Shown: piece after piece, positions 41,204 through 54,785 of the stretch
Layout: each line of letters begins with the position of its first letter
Numbering within the stretch: position 1 is the first letter of the stretch
The notes under the pieces: model-generated
Seen by the model: the letters and a program-made list of their open reading frames with translations, nothing else
Told to the model about the DNA's origin: nothing
The model's database searches: none
Program-made: the position numbers and the translations under genes
Assembly (NCBI RefSeq): GCF_009914755.1
Contig: NC_060942.1
Length of the DNA: 64,000 nucleotides
From: the human T2T-CHM13v2.0 reference genome, Homo sapiens
Strand: one strand, 5' to 3'

Positions 41204-43558
41204 TGCCTGTATTCTCTCTTTCATTTATTTTTGCTATGGTCTTTATTATTTTCCTCCTTCTACTAACTTTTGGCTTAGTTTGTTCTTCTTTTTCTAGTTC
41301 CTTGAGGCATAACATGAGGCTATTTATTTTAGATCATTTTTCTTTTTGATGTATGTGTTTATTGCTATAACCTTCCCTCTTAGAATGGCTTTTGCTGCAT
41401 CCCATAAGTTTTTCTATGTTGTGTGTTCATTTTAATTTGTCTCAAGATATTTTTAAATTTCATCCTTGGCCCATTTATTGTTAAGGAGCATGTTGTTTGA
41501 TGTCCATCTTTTTGTGAATTTTTCAAGGCTCTTCCTGTTATTGATTTCTAGTTTCATAACATTGTGGATATAATTTCAGTCTTCTTCAATTCATTAAGAC
41601 TTGTTTTATGGTTTAATATGATCTATTCTGGAGAACATTTCATGTGTTCTTGAGAAGAATGTGTATTCTATTGCTACTGGGTGAAATGTTCTGTATATAT
41701 TTGTTAGGTCTATTTAGTCTAGTCTAAAGGTTATTGTATTCTAGTCTATAGTCTATGAAGCTTATGTAAAACACTTTATAACAGGCTGTTTTAAGCTGAT
41801 AACAACTTAACTTTGATTGCATATACAATTCTATACTTTTATCCCACCCCACCCCCAATTTTATGTTTTTGATATCATAATTTACATATTTTTGTATTGT
41901 GTATCCTTAAATTGTAGCTGTTACTATTTTTTTGTTATGTTATTATTTTAAATAATTTTTTTCTTTTAACTGTCATAGTCATGATATGTTATCTGCATAC
42001 CACCATTACTGTATTAGAGCATTCTGAATTCAACCATGTACTTTTACCAGTGAATTTTATACTTTTATGTGTTTTAATCAGCATTACTTTTTTTCCAGCT
42101 TGAAGAATTCCCTTTAGCATTTCTTATAAGGCAGATCTGGTGGCAATGTACCTCCTCAGCTTTTGTTTGGGAAAGTCTTTATCTCTTCATTTCTGAAGGA
42201 CAGTTTGCCAGGTAAATATTCTTGGTTGGCAGTTTTTTGTTTTTTGTTTTTTTTCCCTTCAGCACTTTGAATATACCATCCCATTCTCTCTTGGCCTATG
42301 TGGTCTCTGTTGGGAAGTTCACTATTAGTCTTATTGGAACTTCTTTCTTTATTATTTGGTTCGTTTTTCTTGCTGCTTTCAGTATTTTCTCTGTGTCTTT
42401 GATTTTTGACAATTTGATTTTAATATGTCTTGGTGTAGTCTTGTTTGGATTGAATCTGATTGAAGAATGTTGATCTTCTTTCTCCTTGATATTTATATAT
42501 TTCCCCAGATTTGAAAATTTTAACTTTCTACTTCATCTCTCTTCTCTTCCTTTAATTCCTATAACTTGAATATTTGCTCTTTTGATGCTGATACATAAAT
42601 ATTGTAAGCTTTCTTTATTACTTTTCATTTTTTTCTTTTGTCTTCTCTGTACATTTTCAAATAACTTGCCTTTTAATTTGCAATTTCTTTCTTCTGTTTT
42701 ATTGATTCTGTTGTTGATGCCCTCAGTTGCATTTTTTATTTCATTCATTGTATTTTTCAGCTTTGAATTTCTGTTTGGTTTTCAAAAATAATTTCAATCT
42801 CTGTTAATTTTCTCATTTTGGTTATTTATTATTTTTCTGATTTTGTAAAATTGTTTCTCTGCATCTTCTTGAAGTTTGCTGAGCTTACTTAAAACGATTC
42901 TTTTGAATTTTTTGTTGGGCAGATTGTAAGTCCCCATTTCTTTAGGGTCTGTTACTGAAGCTTTAATTTGTTTCTTTGGTGAGGTCATGTTACCTTGATT
43001 GTTCTTTATCTTTGTGGTTATGCATTGGTGTCTGTGTATTTGAAGAAGTAGGGACTTATTTCAATCTTTGCAGACTGGCTTTGTCTGGGCAATCCCTTTA
43101 CCAGTCAACTCATCCAGAGACATGTGTGTGGTCTGGAACCTGGGGCTACTGGGGATCACCTGGCCTTGAGGCTAGTGTGGAGCCCAAGTCTGGGAGAGTT
43201 GTCCTGGTACTGGGGCCTATCCAGAGCCTGGGGATGCTGAAGTCAGTCTGGCAGTAGGGTATACTTGGGGACTGAGTCTCCCAGGCAGGCCTGGAATCTG
43301 GGGCTATAGGATCTGGACTGGTGCCAAGGCAATTCTGGAGGCTCAGCCTGGCAGGCTGGCCTGCAGTCTGAAGCCACAGGGTGCTGCCCAGCGCTGGATT
43401 TTACTGGGGCAGGCTCAGTGTTGGAGCCTGAGGCAAAGTCTGGTGCTCACTTTCATCTCTTTCCCCCACATAAAGGGTATCTGTCTTTATTCTGTACTGC
43501 CTGGGATTGGGGGAGGTTGTCATGGGTGGGTAATGTGAACTGTCCTTCCTACCTTCTT

Positions 43559-43882
<324 letters not shown>

Positions 43883-44629
43883 TACCTTCTTCAACACATC
43901 TTTTCTGTGCTACACCCAGATACTGTAATCACTCACTCAGTTTCCTTAGCTCTTGTGAAGGTATTTTTGTGCCTGAATAATTGTTCAAATTGATGTTTCT
44001 GCAGGGGAATGAGCACTGGAAAGTGCTATTTTGCCATCTTTCTTGAGTCTTTTCGCTTCCCGTCTACATATACTGCTCTCAAATGATTTTGGGGAGTAGG
44101 CAAGACAAAAAGTTCCTAAACACAGTATGAACAGTTTATTTTACCATCCTGAAAGTGTTTTTATTTATCCATGAAATCCACAAAATTTAACTGAAATAAG
44201 CAATGTAACTTTCTAAGATATTCTGTGACTAGCTTCTAAAAACTTCTCTATGCAATATTATCTTGGGAAGGAAACGTAAACTTTGATATTCTAGCTCTCA
44301 CTCTGAGATGCACCTGATAGGTATTTCAGCCTGACATGGTCACAAACTCCAGGAATTGTTTTAGGCTGCTCCTTCTTTTGGGGACCCTGAGAGATTAGGT
44401 GGATTCACAAATTCTTGTATTGTCTTCTGCTGGGGTTTGCTGATTCTATAAAGGGAACCCTACTGTGTCTAAGGTTCTTCAAGTTCCATTCTAAAAACAC
44501 TTGGAATGGTGGAAGTTGTGGTTCATACCCAGAATGTTTCTAGGAATAGTAACATAAAATATCTTTGAAATTTGAGAAAAAATACTAAGATATCACAAAA
44601 AAGATAGTATCCTACACAATTTGAATTAT

Positions 44630-45000
44630 GTAAATAAGAAATAAAAAGTATTCCTCATCTGTTCTTTCTGATACCATTCTCCATCAGAAGTAGTCCTTGT
44701 TAAGTATGGTATATATCCCTTCCAACTCTTTCCTATGTTGCTATATTTCCTATAGTTCTATACATCTATTTGACTATTTTTCTTTGCATATGCAGCACAC
44801 ATACACAACAATTTTCTTTAGTATCTTTTTTAAAAATAGAAATAGCTATATAGTATTTCATTGTGCAGATGTATCACAATTTATTTCACCTTTTTTCTAT
44901 TGATGCTCATTTTTGTAATATTCACTTTTTTTTGGCTAAGTGCTGCTGCAGTTAACATCCATATGCACCTGTCTTTTCATTCTATGGACTTTTAAAATTG
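44630..45000 (-). mobile_element. old L1ME-type remnant
   Basis: atatagtatttcattgtgcagatgtatcacaatttattt...tattgatg...tgctgcagttaacatcc. Confidence 0.55.
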
Positions 45001-45382
45001 AAGATGCTGTGTATGAGGGAGAAAAGTATGACATAGTACCTAATATTTAAACTCACTCAACATTTATGTCTTTATCAATATTACATTGTTGATCACCCTT
45101 CGTAATTTTGTGCTGGGGTCAGAGGATGACCAATGCTTCCAGCTCTTTGAGGTGCCCCCAGTCTAGGCTCCAACTGAATGCAGATTTTAAAACCCTCTGT
45201 TGATAGAGTGTGATGGTGGATAGGGAATAGTTCACAACTCCCTACAATTTTACACTCTCCCGCACCTCTTAGAATTTTTCTCTGAGAGTGTTATGTAGTC
45301 ATCACATCAAGAAAGCTTTAGCTATTCAATTAGTGGCTGCATATCTCTTTTCCTTGTTTAAAAGTAATATTTAAAAAACAAT

Positions 45383-45528
45383 GGCTGGGCATGGTGACTC
45401 ATTCCTATAATCCCACTGCTGTGGGAGGCTGAGGCAGGGGATTACTTGAGCCCAGAAGTTCAAGGCTGCAGTAAACTATGATTGCACCACTGCACTCCAG
45501 CCTAGCTGGCAGAACAAGTCCATGCCTC

Positions 45529-45555
<27 letters not shown>
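45383..45555 (+). mobile_element. monomeric Alu (FAM/FRAM-like) with 27-A tail
   Basis: single ~145-bp arm running from ggctgggcatggtg directly to ctgcactccagcct..ctcaaaa. Confidence 0.85.
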
Positions 45556-45560
<5 letters not shown>

Positions 45561-47214
45561 TTAGAGAAAACATGCCATCTTTTTCTCCCACCCCTTCCTT
45601 TTTTTCTTCTCTCCCCATCTCTTCCTCCCTTCCTCCCCCCATTCCTTTCTCCCTCCCTCCTTCCTATCTTCTTTCTACCACCTTGAGAACACAACTTTAT
45701 TTATCAGTTAAACTTCCCATTTAGAATGCTTGCATTGGAATTACATTTTGTTAAGGAAATTCTGGAGTTTAAAATAAAAATAAGGAAGTGGACAATATGC
45801 TTTTTTCTTTGATATCTCTTTTTTAGTAAGTCAGGATTAATGGAGTCCCAGGTGGTTACCAGCTCTTAAAAGTGAACTGTAGTACAGTGCATCCTAAGAT
45901 TTCCTCTTAGAACTCTGCTAAGACAAAGATGACTGTGCCTTGTGGCAGTAAGCTATGGTGATCCTGGCAATTTTCATCATAATGGTATGATTTCAAGGTG
46001 ACTCACCTTTCATGGTGGATCTTTTTTAGAATTTAGAGAGAAAGTAGTTTGACCAAGATGGTTAAGTTAAGGTAAATGATTGCAGTAATTATTCCTAATT
46101 AAATATCACCAGAGGGATGATAGGTATATCAAAAAGGAAAGCCTCCTGAGATGGAGGCAAGTAACGTTGTATTATAGTATCCACATTTTAGGAAGTGTTT
46201 GCATAGACATGGTTTAACCTGGATATTTTATAATCTGTATATATCAAACCACATCATAAAAAGTTTTATTATAGTTATGGGGAAAATTAATTTATGAAAT
46301 TAATTAGGTTAATCAATGATTATCTACTTAACAGAAATTTTTCTGATGTGTCATTGGCACATATATCTGACACAGGGACATATATTAGAGCAAATACATC
46401 AACTTTTTCTTTAATGAGTACACTGATCAGATCATATGTGGTTTACCTGCTCCAGTTACCTTAAGTATGAAATAACAAGATTTGGCTCTGTTGATCATTA
46501 AAGGTGGCCCATTAGGTCTGGCTACTTAGAAATCCATTTGTGGTTGAGGCATTTTTCACAGTGGCACCTAGACAATCTCAGGACCATTATCCGGGCTCTG
46601 ATTATCTACAGAGAAATAGTCACAGATTCTCTGCATGACAAGAGTGAAGCATGTTGCTATGTTTTGTTTTCCAGAATCTAAGATATAATAAATTACACCC
46701 AAGCAATAATCAGTGTTCCCGATCCTGTCTGTGATTTGCCTTTATTGTTTTCCAAGAGGAAGCCTCACACATGCAAAGCCATATGCTCTATCACTTTTCA
46801 AGTTGTGGTGTCTCATCTGGGAGTGATTTGAGCCCCTGCCCCTCAACATTTCTTTTATGACTCCAAGATTAAAAGACCATATTCAATCTTATTTTTATTA
46901 TATCTTTTTGGGGAGGCACAAAAGCAGTAACTCTTAGCAGAGGAGGAACTTGTATGCCATCTGACCTAGAAACAGATGCTACTGATTGGGAAGATCACAA
47001 GCAAGGATATACACAGTCTTTCTGTATCTTTCAAAGTAAAGATGGCCCTGACAATAGAAAAGGAGAAACTACCTCAGTACCATCCCAAAATATCATTTCA
47101 TGTGTAATAAAATGCAATTATTCTTCTTTGACCAAAATAAAACCCTTAGTGGATCACCCAATCAAAAAAGTCAGTTAACGTACAGAAGCGTAAAAATAGC
47201 TTACACAAATCTTA

Positions 47215-47540
<326 letters not shown>

Positions 47541-49533
47541 AAACCCATAATTATACACCAATTCACCAACCTTGTGAAGCAGGAAATGACCTTGTTCTTG
47601 AGTTTGGTTCTTCTGATTAATGTTCTTCATTGGCTCTCACAGACAAGTGACACCTACACAGCATCATTGGCCATGTGAAGCTTCAGTTTCTTAGGTGAAG
47701 GAGGAACTTACAGAAACTTACAAAGCAATCTAAGACCACTATTCTTCCCATTTTTAAATGATCTGATTTCCTTCCTCAATCTTTTATGGTTGTCTTGGTC
47801 AAACTTAAGATGACAGTATTTATTTTTAAGGTGACCTGACTTTATTGTCTCTTTTCAATGCATTTGATTTGGTTTTTGTAGAGGAAGTAGATCTTTTGTT
47901 CTTCATATCCATAATAATTGCTTTTAATAATATTTAATGAGACTGCATAATGACAGTAATAAGTACAACTGGAATGACTGGATTTAGAAATAGAAATCTT
48001 CACATGTTGCTAGGCATACAAGGCAGGGTCTGGGACAGAATTGTATGGATATACAGCACTAGCGAGTGGCCTAGCAGTTGTGAGAATTTGGTATTCCATG
48101 GGTACCAAACAGCAGGTTTTATAGAAGGCAGTGAGAGCTCCAACAAATCTTTCCTACTTGATTAAAGGCTGGTAAAGAGACAGTTTTTGAGTTATTATCA
48201 TCAAGTATGTAGGTTCTGGTAGGTCAACAGCTGTATCAACATACAGAATGGCAGCCCTTGGATAATGCCCCGTGTCTTTAAGCAAATGTAGTTTAAAATC
48301 CCTTAAAATCCGGTGTTGTTTTACAGATCCAATGAATCTATTCACGCAATAGAAATGTATAAATCAACAAAATCTGCTTATTAAAACACTTTTGAGTAGA
48401 TGGTATCTCACATTATGTAGCTCTTTCACGTTTATTTTTCTGTTCTTTTTTCCTAAAAGAGATATGCATTATAAGCAATGGGAAATAGCTATATTCAACA
48501 ATAGTAAAAAACCCTCAATGTAATTTAATGTTGGAAATCAGTACTGTATGTCCTGGATTGAATTGAGAGGTGGAGATGAAGACTTTTGTTGCCCTAGGTA
48601 CACTGGAAAATGTTGTGATGCCTGCAAGCCTGAAGTCAGCCAAAGGGTATCCAGTCACTACACGTTTTCATTGCTCCTAATACTCTTTGGCTCTAGGCTA
48701 CTGCCTCTTTTGCCTAATGATAGGGCTAACCTTGACCAGGAGCCCTCTGAACCTTTCCCAAGGGGTTCCTCGGTGCTTATTCACCCTTTGACATCAACCT
48801 TCAGAGTATATGAAATAGAAATCTTAATGAAAGAAGGGAGGGCTGAGATTTTCCTGCGTGCTCATCTGGCTAAACTCCTAGCATTTTATGTTTATACTTG
48901 ATTTTTAAGTCATCCTGAACTCTATTTGCAGCTCTGCTCTCTTTTATCTTTTCTTGTCATCACAACCTTTACTACAAAGCTTATTTCAAGGGAAAACTGT
49001 TAGAATTCAAATCACTTACTCCTGTTTCACGCTCGTCTGTTTGTTTGGGATTCCAGCTGACAAGATGTCCTTCAAATGATTGCTTTTAGTAAAATCAAAG
49101 TGACTTGAGGACCAAAAATTTTGATAACTGAATATGTGTTTTAGACTACTTCAGGGGTTTCTCTCGCAACTTGGCTGGATAAGTGTGAAAACAGAATTGT
49201 TAGTGATGAAGAGGGCTGAGGCCTGTATTCTAGATTGTTTGCAGAATTCTAAATCACTACCAGGAAAGGGCTCAGAGAAAGCCGTCACTTTGTGAGACCT
49301 CAGAAGCAACCTGGAGCCAGGTCTGTGGTTGAAGAATGTTTCCAAACTGGGGTGATGGCTATGGCTATTTTTTTTTGTTGTTGTTGTTATTGTTGTCAGA
49401 TGCCTCAGGGCGCCAACAAATGAGAGTGGGTTGTTGTCCTTAGAGGGTGTTTTTTTTTTTCTCTTCAATTTCTTACTTTGGGGAAAACTCTGGAAATGCT
49501 GTGTGTTTTTGGAGATTTCCAGGGGTTATTGTA

Positions 49534-49623
49534 GGAAGGGTAGAAGACTCCCCCATCCACACTGGGGTGACCCTCTGGGAAGGGTAGAAGACTCCCCCAT
49601 CCGCACTGGGATGACCCTCTGGG
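49534..49623. repeat. 44-bp tandem duplication (2 copies)
   Basis: ggaagggtagaagactcccccatcc[a/g]cactggg[g/a]tgaccctctg x2, two differences. Confidence 0.95.
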
Positions 49624-49819
49624 TGCCACCGACTTCCCTGTCTGCAGACCCTCGGAAGCTGCTGTTCCGGCTCTAGTGGAAGTGACTCCTCATGATTAGA
49701 AAAGGCATTTTCAGCACAAAACTCTATAGTTTTGCATCATGCTGCCTTACTCTTCTTTCCATTAGGGTGAACAAATGTTTTATAACAACTTATCAGGTAT
49801 CTACTTGTCACCTATAATA

Positions 49820-50020
49820 AAAACGCTGAGCACTTGCTATGGACAAGGGATGGTGCATATGTGCTTTCCTTTAATTCTCTCAATAGCTTTAGTGATTTCA
49901 TCATCCTTCTTCTGTGAAGGAGAGAAATGAGGTTTAGAAAGATGAAGTTCCCACAGCTGGTAAGTGGCAAAGCTGGGATTGGATTTAAGTACAGTTCTAT
50001 CTGGCTCTCCAAACCGGTTT
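49820..50020 (-). mobile_element. MIR
   Basis: gctgagcacttgctatg...agagaaatgaggtttagaaagatgaag...ccacagctggtaagtggcaaagctgggatt. Confidence 0.8.
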
Positions 50021-52656
50021 TCACTAGGAGACATGTGTAACTCTCTCAGAGTGTCACTGGGAAGAATTATTCAGTATTATGCACTTTGAGTTAGAGAAAC
50101 GTAAGCACATAATATTCCCTTTAGCCTCTTAAATTTCTGGGAAGAAGAGCAAAATAAAAAGATGAATACTTTTAGGTACCGTATTATTAACAGATTAGCT
50201 TGCATGCTGGTAACCAGATATACCTCTACCATCACAATATATTTATTCAGGGAAAGGAGGATAAATTAGTAGCTATTGTCTCACATGTAGGAAGGAGAAT
50301 GGAGAATGGAGAACATTCTATACTGACACAAAGTGTCAGCCAATGAGAAGGGAAGACTATTCTTGTTAGTGAAGGAACTTCCCGATTACTGATCATTCTA
50401 GACATTCATATCTGGGTGCTTATGGCAAGCTGTGCTTGGTGAAGCTACCATATACAGGGAGGTTGTCCTCTGGTCCTCTTGCATGTGAGCACCGTGGCTG
50501 GAAGGACCTGGCTCACCTTCTGTGGCCCAGCTTCTCCAGGGCTTGCTTGAGAGTGGGCGGACATGTAGACAGGCTGGCTATCCCAGCAAATGAGAGTGAT
50601 TCTCTTTGCAAGTTTTAGTAGCCAGGGTGTTTCCTAACATGAAGAATGATTTCATATATAATTGTATAACATCGTGATAAGTGTTTTTAAACAACAAAAC
50701 AATACATCAGAGATAGACTTGCCAAGCTCAAAAGCAATCCAGATGGATTTTCTGACGTCTTTCTGCACCAGCATTTTCTTTATGTTCTTAGGAAATAGCT
50801 GGAGAGGTTTTTATAGCCATTCAGATTTCAATCTTGGGACTCAGAAAGTTTTGATATTGTAGAGTGAAGTGTGCAACTATTAAACTTGAACTGCTCTGGA
50901 CAGCTGTGCAGATGGGAAAGAACTACCATGTTCAAAACATTTTCTTTTTGTTTTGTACATTCCTTACAGTGCAGCTGGTTAAATTCTCTGTAAAAAGATG
51001 GTGTGCAGCTGTTTCTCTGAGGCAGACCCTGAAGGCAAATACCCATCACCCCAAATACCCATCACCCCAGCACGTCCTTTCCTATCTTGGCAAGTCGTTT
51101 TGTCCTTAACTCTATTGTGTATAACCATGAAACATTGCTATTTATCTGAATCTTCTTTAGGATACAATACATGAGCTCATTCTCAGAAGTTCCAGGAACA
51201 CGGCACTCCATCGTAAAATATTTTCTATGTCTCCCACCCCCTCTCATTTTCACAGTTTCCATGGCAACATTTGGCTCCGATGGCACCTCCAGGATTATTA
51301 CTATCATCACAGTTATTTCTTCTGATTACTATTGTTGCTTATGGTCATCAACATCATTTTGACTGTCGGTTAGTCAGATCTTGATCCTAAACACCTGGCC
51401 TCTGGGGAGTGTTTCCTCAAAACAGTTGAAAAGTTAAAAAAAAAAAAAAGGAATGCAAATCCCAAGAGATTACCAGAGGTGCAATTATCCTACATCAGGT
51501 TTAAGTTTCTCTTTAAAAAAATTTCCCCATCAGTCATTGTAATCCTTCCAGAATATACGTAGATAAGTTTGTCATGATACCAAAATAGACATGGTTGTCA
51601 ATACTGCTGTTTTGTTTTTAGAGAAGGAAAGTGTGTGTGCATTTGTGTGTGTGTGTTGGTGGGTTGAGAGGGGAATTATGAATCTAAAGCTTTCTAACAT
51701 TGCTAAAGGAATTTTTCATGAAATGTTGGAAACTGGTTGTTTAGAGATGAACAAAATAGTTTGAGACTATTATCCACTGATTTTTCCATACTTGCTGTCG
51801 ACCCTGTGAGCCTCCTTGAGGCTCAGAGGGGAATAGGCTTCCTTTGTAAGAGTTACTGCCTTATGAATTAGTGTAACACTGGGATGCCCTGTGCTTTTGA
51901 GATAGACTTAGACTTGACTCGAAACACTACCTCCGAGGCCATGAGAATCCAGAAGCATCATATTAATTTCTGCAAGTTTCTTCAGCTGTCTTTTTGTGTG
52001 TCCTTCTGTCCCTGGGCTCCTGTGTGGATGCTGGCTGCTCTGCTGGGTTTAGTGAAACCCTAAATGCAGAATTTGGCCTCTTTAGCTATCTTATATCAAG
52101 CTAGCCTGTCCTTTCACACTTCCTCTCCCTCCTTTTCTTTTCCTTCTCTTCCTGTTTCCTTTCTCCCTCCTTCATTCCCACCTTCCTTTCACTTTTTCGG
52201 GAAACCTTGCTGAGTTGGTGGGTCACTGGGAGGAGTCATATCATAGGGCACAACCTTTCCTCCCCTGTCTGCTAGCTCCACCCTTTCACTCCCATTCTTC
52301 CCTTTCTTCCTGGTGCATTGAAGAATTTCTTCTTTTTGTCTCATTTAGGGCAGCCATCCCTGAAAGGAATTCTAGTTTCCCCACTTGGTTTTAGTCTGCA
52401 CGTAGATATATTTGTTGCACCTGCAAAAAATCAATTCCACAAACTCTTTCTCAAAGGGGAGAAGGACAAAACCAAATGTTAATTTATGTTTTGGTGGCAA
52501 CAGAGCTGCTCTAACTGAGTGCTCAAAGCCCTGCCTTACTGCCTCCTGGTCACCGAACACAATCTCAGATGCTTCTAGGAACCTGGCAGGTGACATACAC
52601 GAGTTGAGGGAATCTGGTGGAAGAGGCAGTGTGGAGTGAGGGACAGAATATGTGTC

Positions 52657-52860
52657 CAGAGTCACAGTTTACTCAAAGGGACCACAAGCAACTGGGCTCC
52701 AGCTGATGGCTGCCAGTGAGGATGGAGGTCCAGTGTGGCCTCATTACCCAATTTTTAAGAATTTAAAGGTCTAATTTTTATTAAAAAATTCCCAAAATGT
52801 GAACCTTGGCAGCTGTTTTTTCAAAAAACTTTGCAAGACAATATTGTGTTGGTTACCAAA
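52657..52860. mobile_element. MER102-like hAT-Charlie MITE, interrupted by the VNTR
   Basis: ccagtgtggcc..aatttttaaga..tctaattttta..aaattccc..ttggcagct..attgtgttgg..ccaaac resembles MER102 as recalled; possible terminus caaccactg right after the VNTR (54025-54033). Confidence 0.5.
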
Positions 52861-54026
52861 CTATGCAGGAGAGACAGACCTAAACCACATGGGAGAGACC
52901 GACCTAAACCATGTGGGAGAGACAGACCTAAACCACGCGGGAGGGACAGACCTAAACCATGCGGGAGAGACATGCCTAAACCATGCGGGAGAGACACACC
53001 TAAACCATGTGGGGGAGACAAACCTAAACCATGCGAGAGAGACATGCCTAAACCATGCGGAAGAGGCACACCTAAACCACATGGGGTAGACATACCACGC
53101 AGGGGAGACAGACCTGAACCACATGGGAAAGACACACCTAAACCACGCGGGAGAGACAGACCTAAACCATGCAGGGAGACACGCCTAAACCAAGTGGGAG
53201 AGACACACCTAAACCACACGGGACAGACGCGCCTAAACTACATGGGGTAGACACACCACACAGGGGAGACAGACCTGAACCATGTGGGAGAGACACACCT
53301 AAACTATGCAGGAGAGACAGACCTAAACCACGCGGGAGAGACAGACCTAAACCACGCGGGAGAGACACACCTAAACCACGCGGGAGAGACACACCTAAAC
53401 TACGCGGGAGAGACAGACCTAAACCATGCGGGAGAGACAGACCTAAACTACGCGGGGGAGGCACACCTAAACCATGTGGGAGAGACACACCTAAACCACG
53501 TGGGGTAGACATACCACGCAGGGGAGACAGACCTGAACCACATGGGAAAGACACACCTAAACCACGCGGGAGAGACAGACCTAAACCATGCAGGGAGACA
53601 CGCCTAAACCAAGTGGGAGAGACACACCTAAACCACACGGGACAGACGCGCCTAAACTACATGGGGTAGACACACCACACAGGGGAGACAGACCTGAACC
53701 ATGTGGGAGAGACACACCTAAACTATGCAGGAGAGACAGACCTAAACCACGCGGGAGAGACAGACCTAAACCACGCGGGAGAGACACACCTAAACCACGC
53801 GGGAGAGACACACCTAAACTACGCGGGAGAGACAGACCTAAACCATGCGGGAGAGACAGACCTAAACTACGCGGGGGAGGCACACCTAAACCATGTGGGA
53901 GAGACACACCTAAACCACGTGGGGGAGACAAACCTAAACCATGCGAGAGAGACGTGCCTAAACCATGCGGAAGAGACACACCTAAACCACGTGGGAGAGA
54001 TGCGCCTAAACCACATGGGGTAGACA
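52858..54026. repeat. 24-bp minisatellite/VNTR (~50 units) with 419-bp higher-order duplication
   Basis: unit GGGAGAGACA(G/C)ACCTAAACCA(C/T)GC; 18-bp variant units ggggtagaca..ccac; block 53082-53500 repeated at 53501-53919. Confidence 0.98.
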
Positions 54027-54101
54027 ACCACTGCTGCTTTGGGGTTGCCTGTTCTGCCCAGGAGGATCTTGGGCAGGAAGTTTCCTGTTTGGTTCCAGTC
54101 T

Positions 54102-54406
54102 ATTTTTTTGTTTGTTTTTTGATATGGGGTTTCTCTCTGTCACCTGGGCTGCAGTACAGTGGCATGATCTCGGCTCACTGCAACCTCTGCCTCCCGGGTT
54201 CCAGTGATTCTCCTGCCTCAGCCTCCTGGGTTGCTAGGATTACAGGTGTGCACCACCACACCCAGCTAATTTTTTTTTTTTTTTTTAGTAGAGACGGGGT
54301 TTCACCACATTTGCCAGGCTGGTCTCGAACTCCTGACCTCAGGTGATCCGTCCGTCTCTGCCCCCCAAAGAGCTGGGATTACAGGCGTGAGCTACCACAC
54401 CCAGCC
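54102..54406 (-). mobile_element. Alu (AluSx-like)
   Basis: antisense Alu; TSD tggttccag[t/c]ct. Confidence 0.96.
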
Positions 54407-54785
54407 TGGTTCCAGCCTTTCTCCTCCCCTCTGTGATGTGGTCCTTGCTGATGCCCAGCCAGGTTGGAGTGTCCTTTACATTCGGAGAAGCTTCAAGGGA
54501 TCATGGGGCTTGAGGCCTAGTCAGCTCCTTGATTCTAACTCAGCAGCAGCAAAGTTTGTAGCTGAATCAAATACAAATATCACTCCCAGCCTAGATTTTC
54601 GGTCACATTTCCTCCTGCCCCAGGGCCAGGATCCACCTCTCACCATCTTTGTCTTTCAGTTGCTAGAAAAGATTGCATTATTCCCTCCATGTCTTGGTCC
54701 ATTGAGAGAAGAAAGAATTTAAATGCTTAAGTTATTTTCCTTTTCTCTTTCTCTTGGTAACAGGTTAGTTCAGCTCTCAGTGTGG

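Noticed and set aside
45575-45680. Polypyrimidine tracts (also 17965-18040, 52115-52200) as triplex elements
   Set aside because: Irregular low-complexity sequence without clear mirror symmetry.
51036-51069. 16-bp tandem duplication caaatacccatcaccc
   Set aside because: Ordinary slippage duplication with no further signal.
52858-54026. CRISPR-like repeat array
   Set aside because: Units are contiguous with no unique spacers, there are no cas genes, and the context is primate; it is a minisatellite.
52799-54346. Long ORFs (up to 252 aa) over the VNTR
   Set aside because: Openness follows from the 24-bp period; the tail runs into an antisense Alu; no gene structure.
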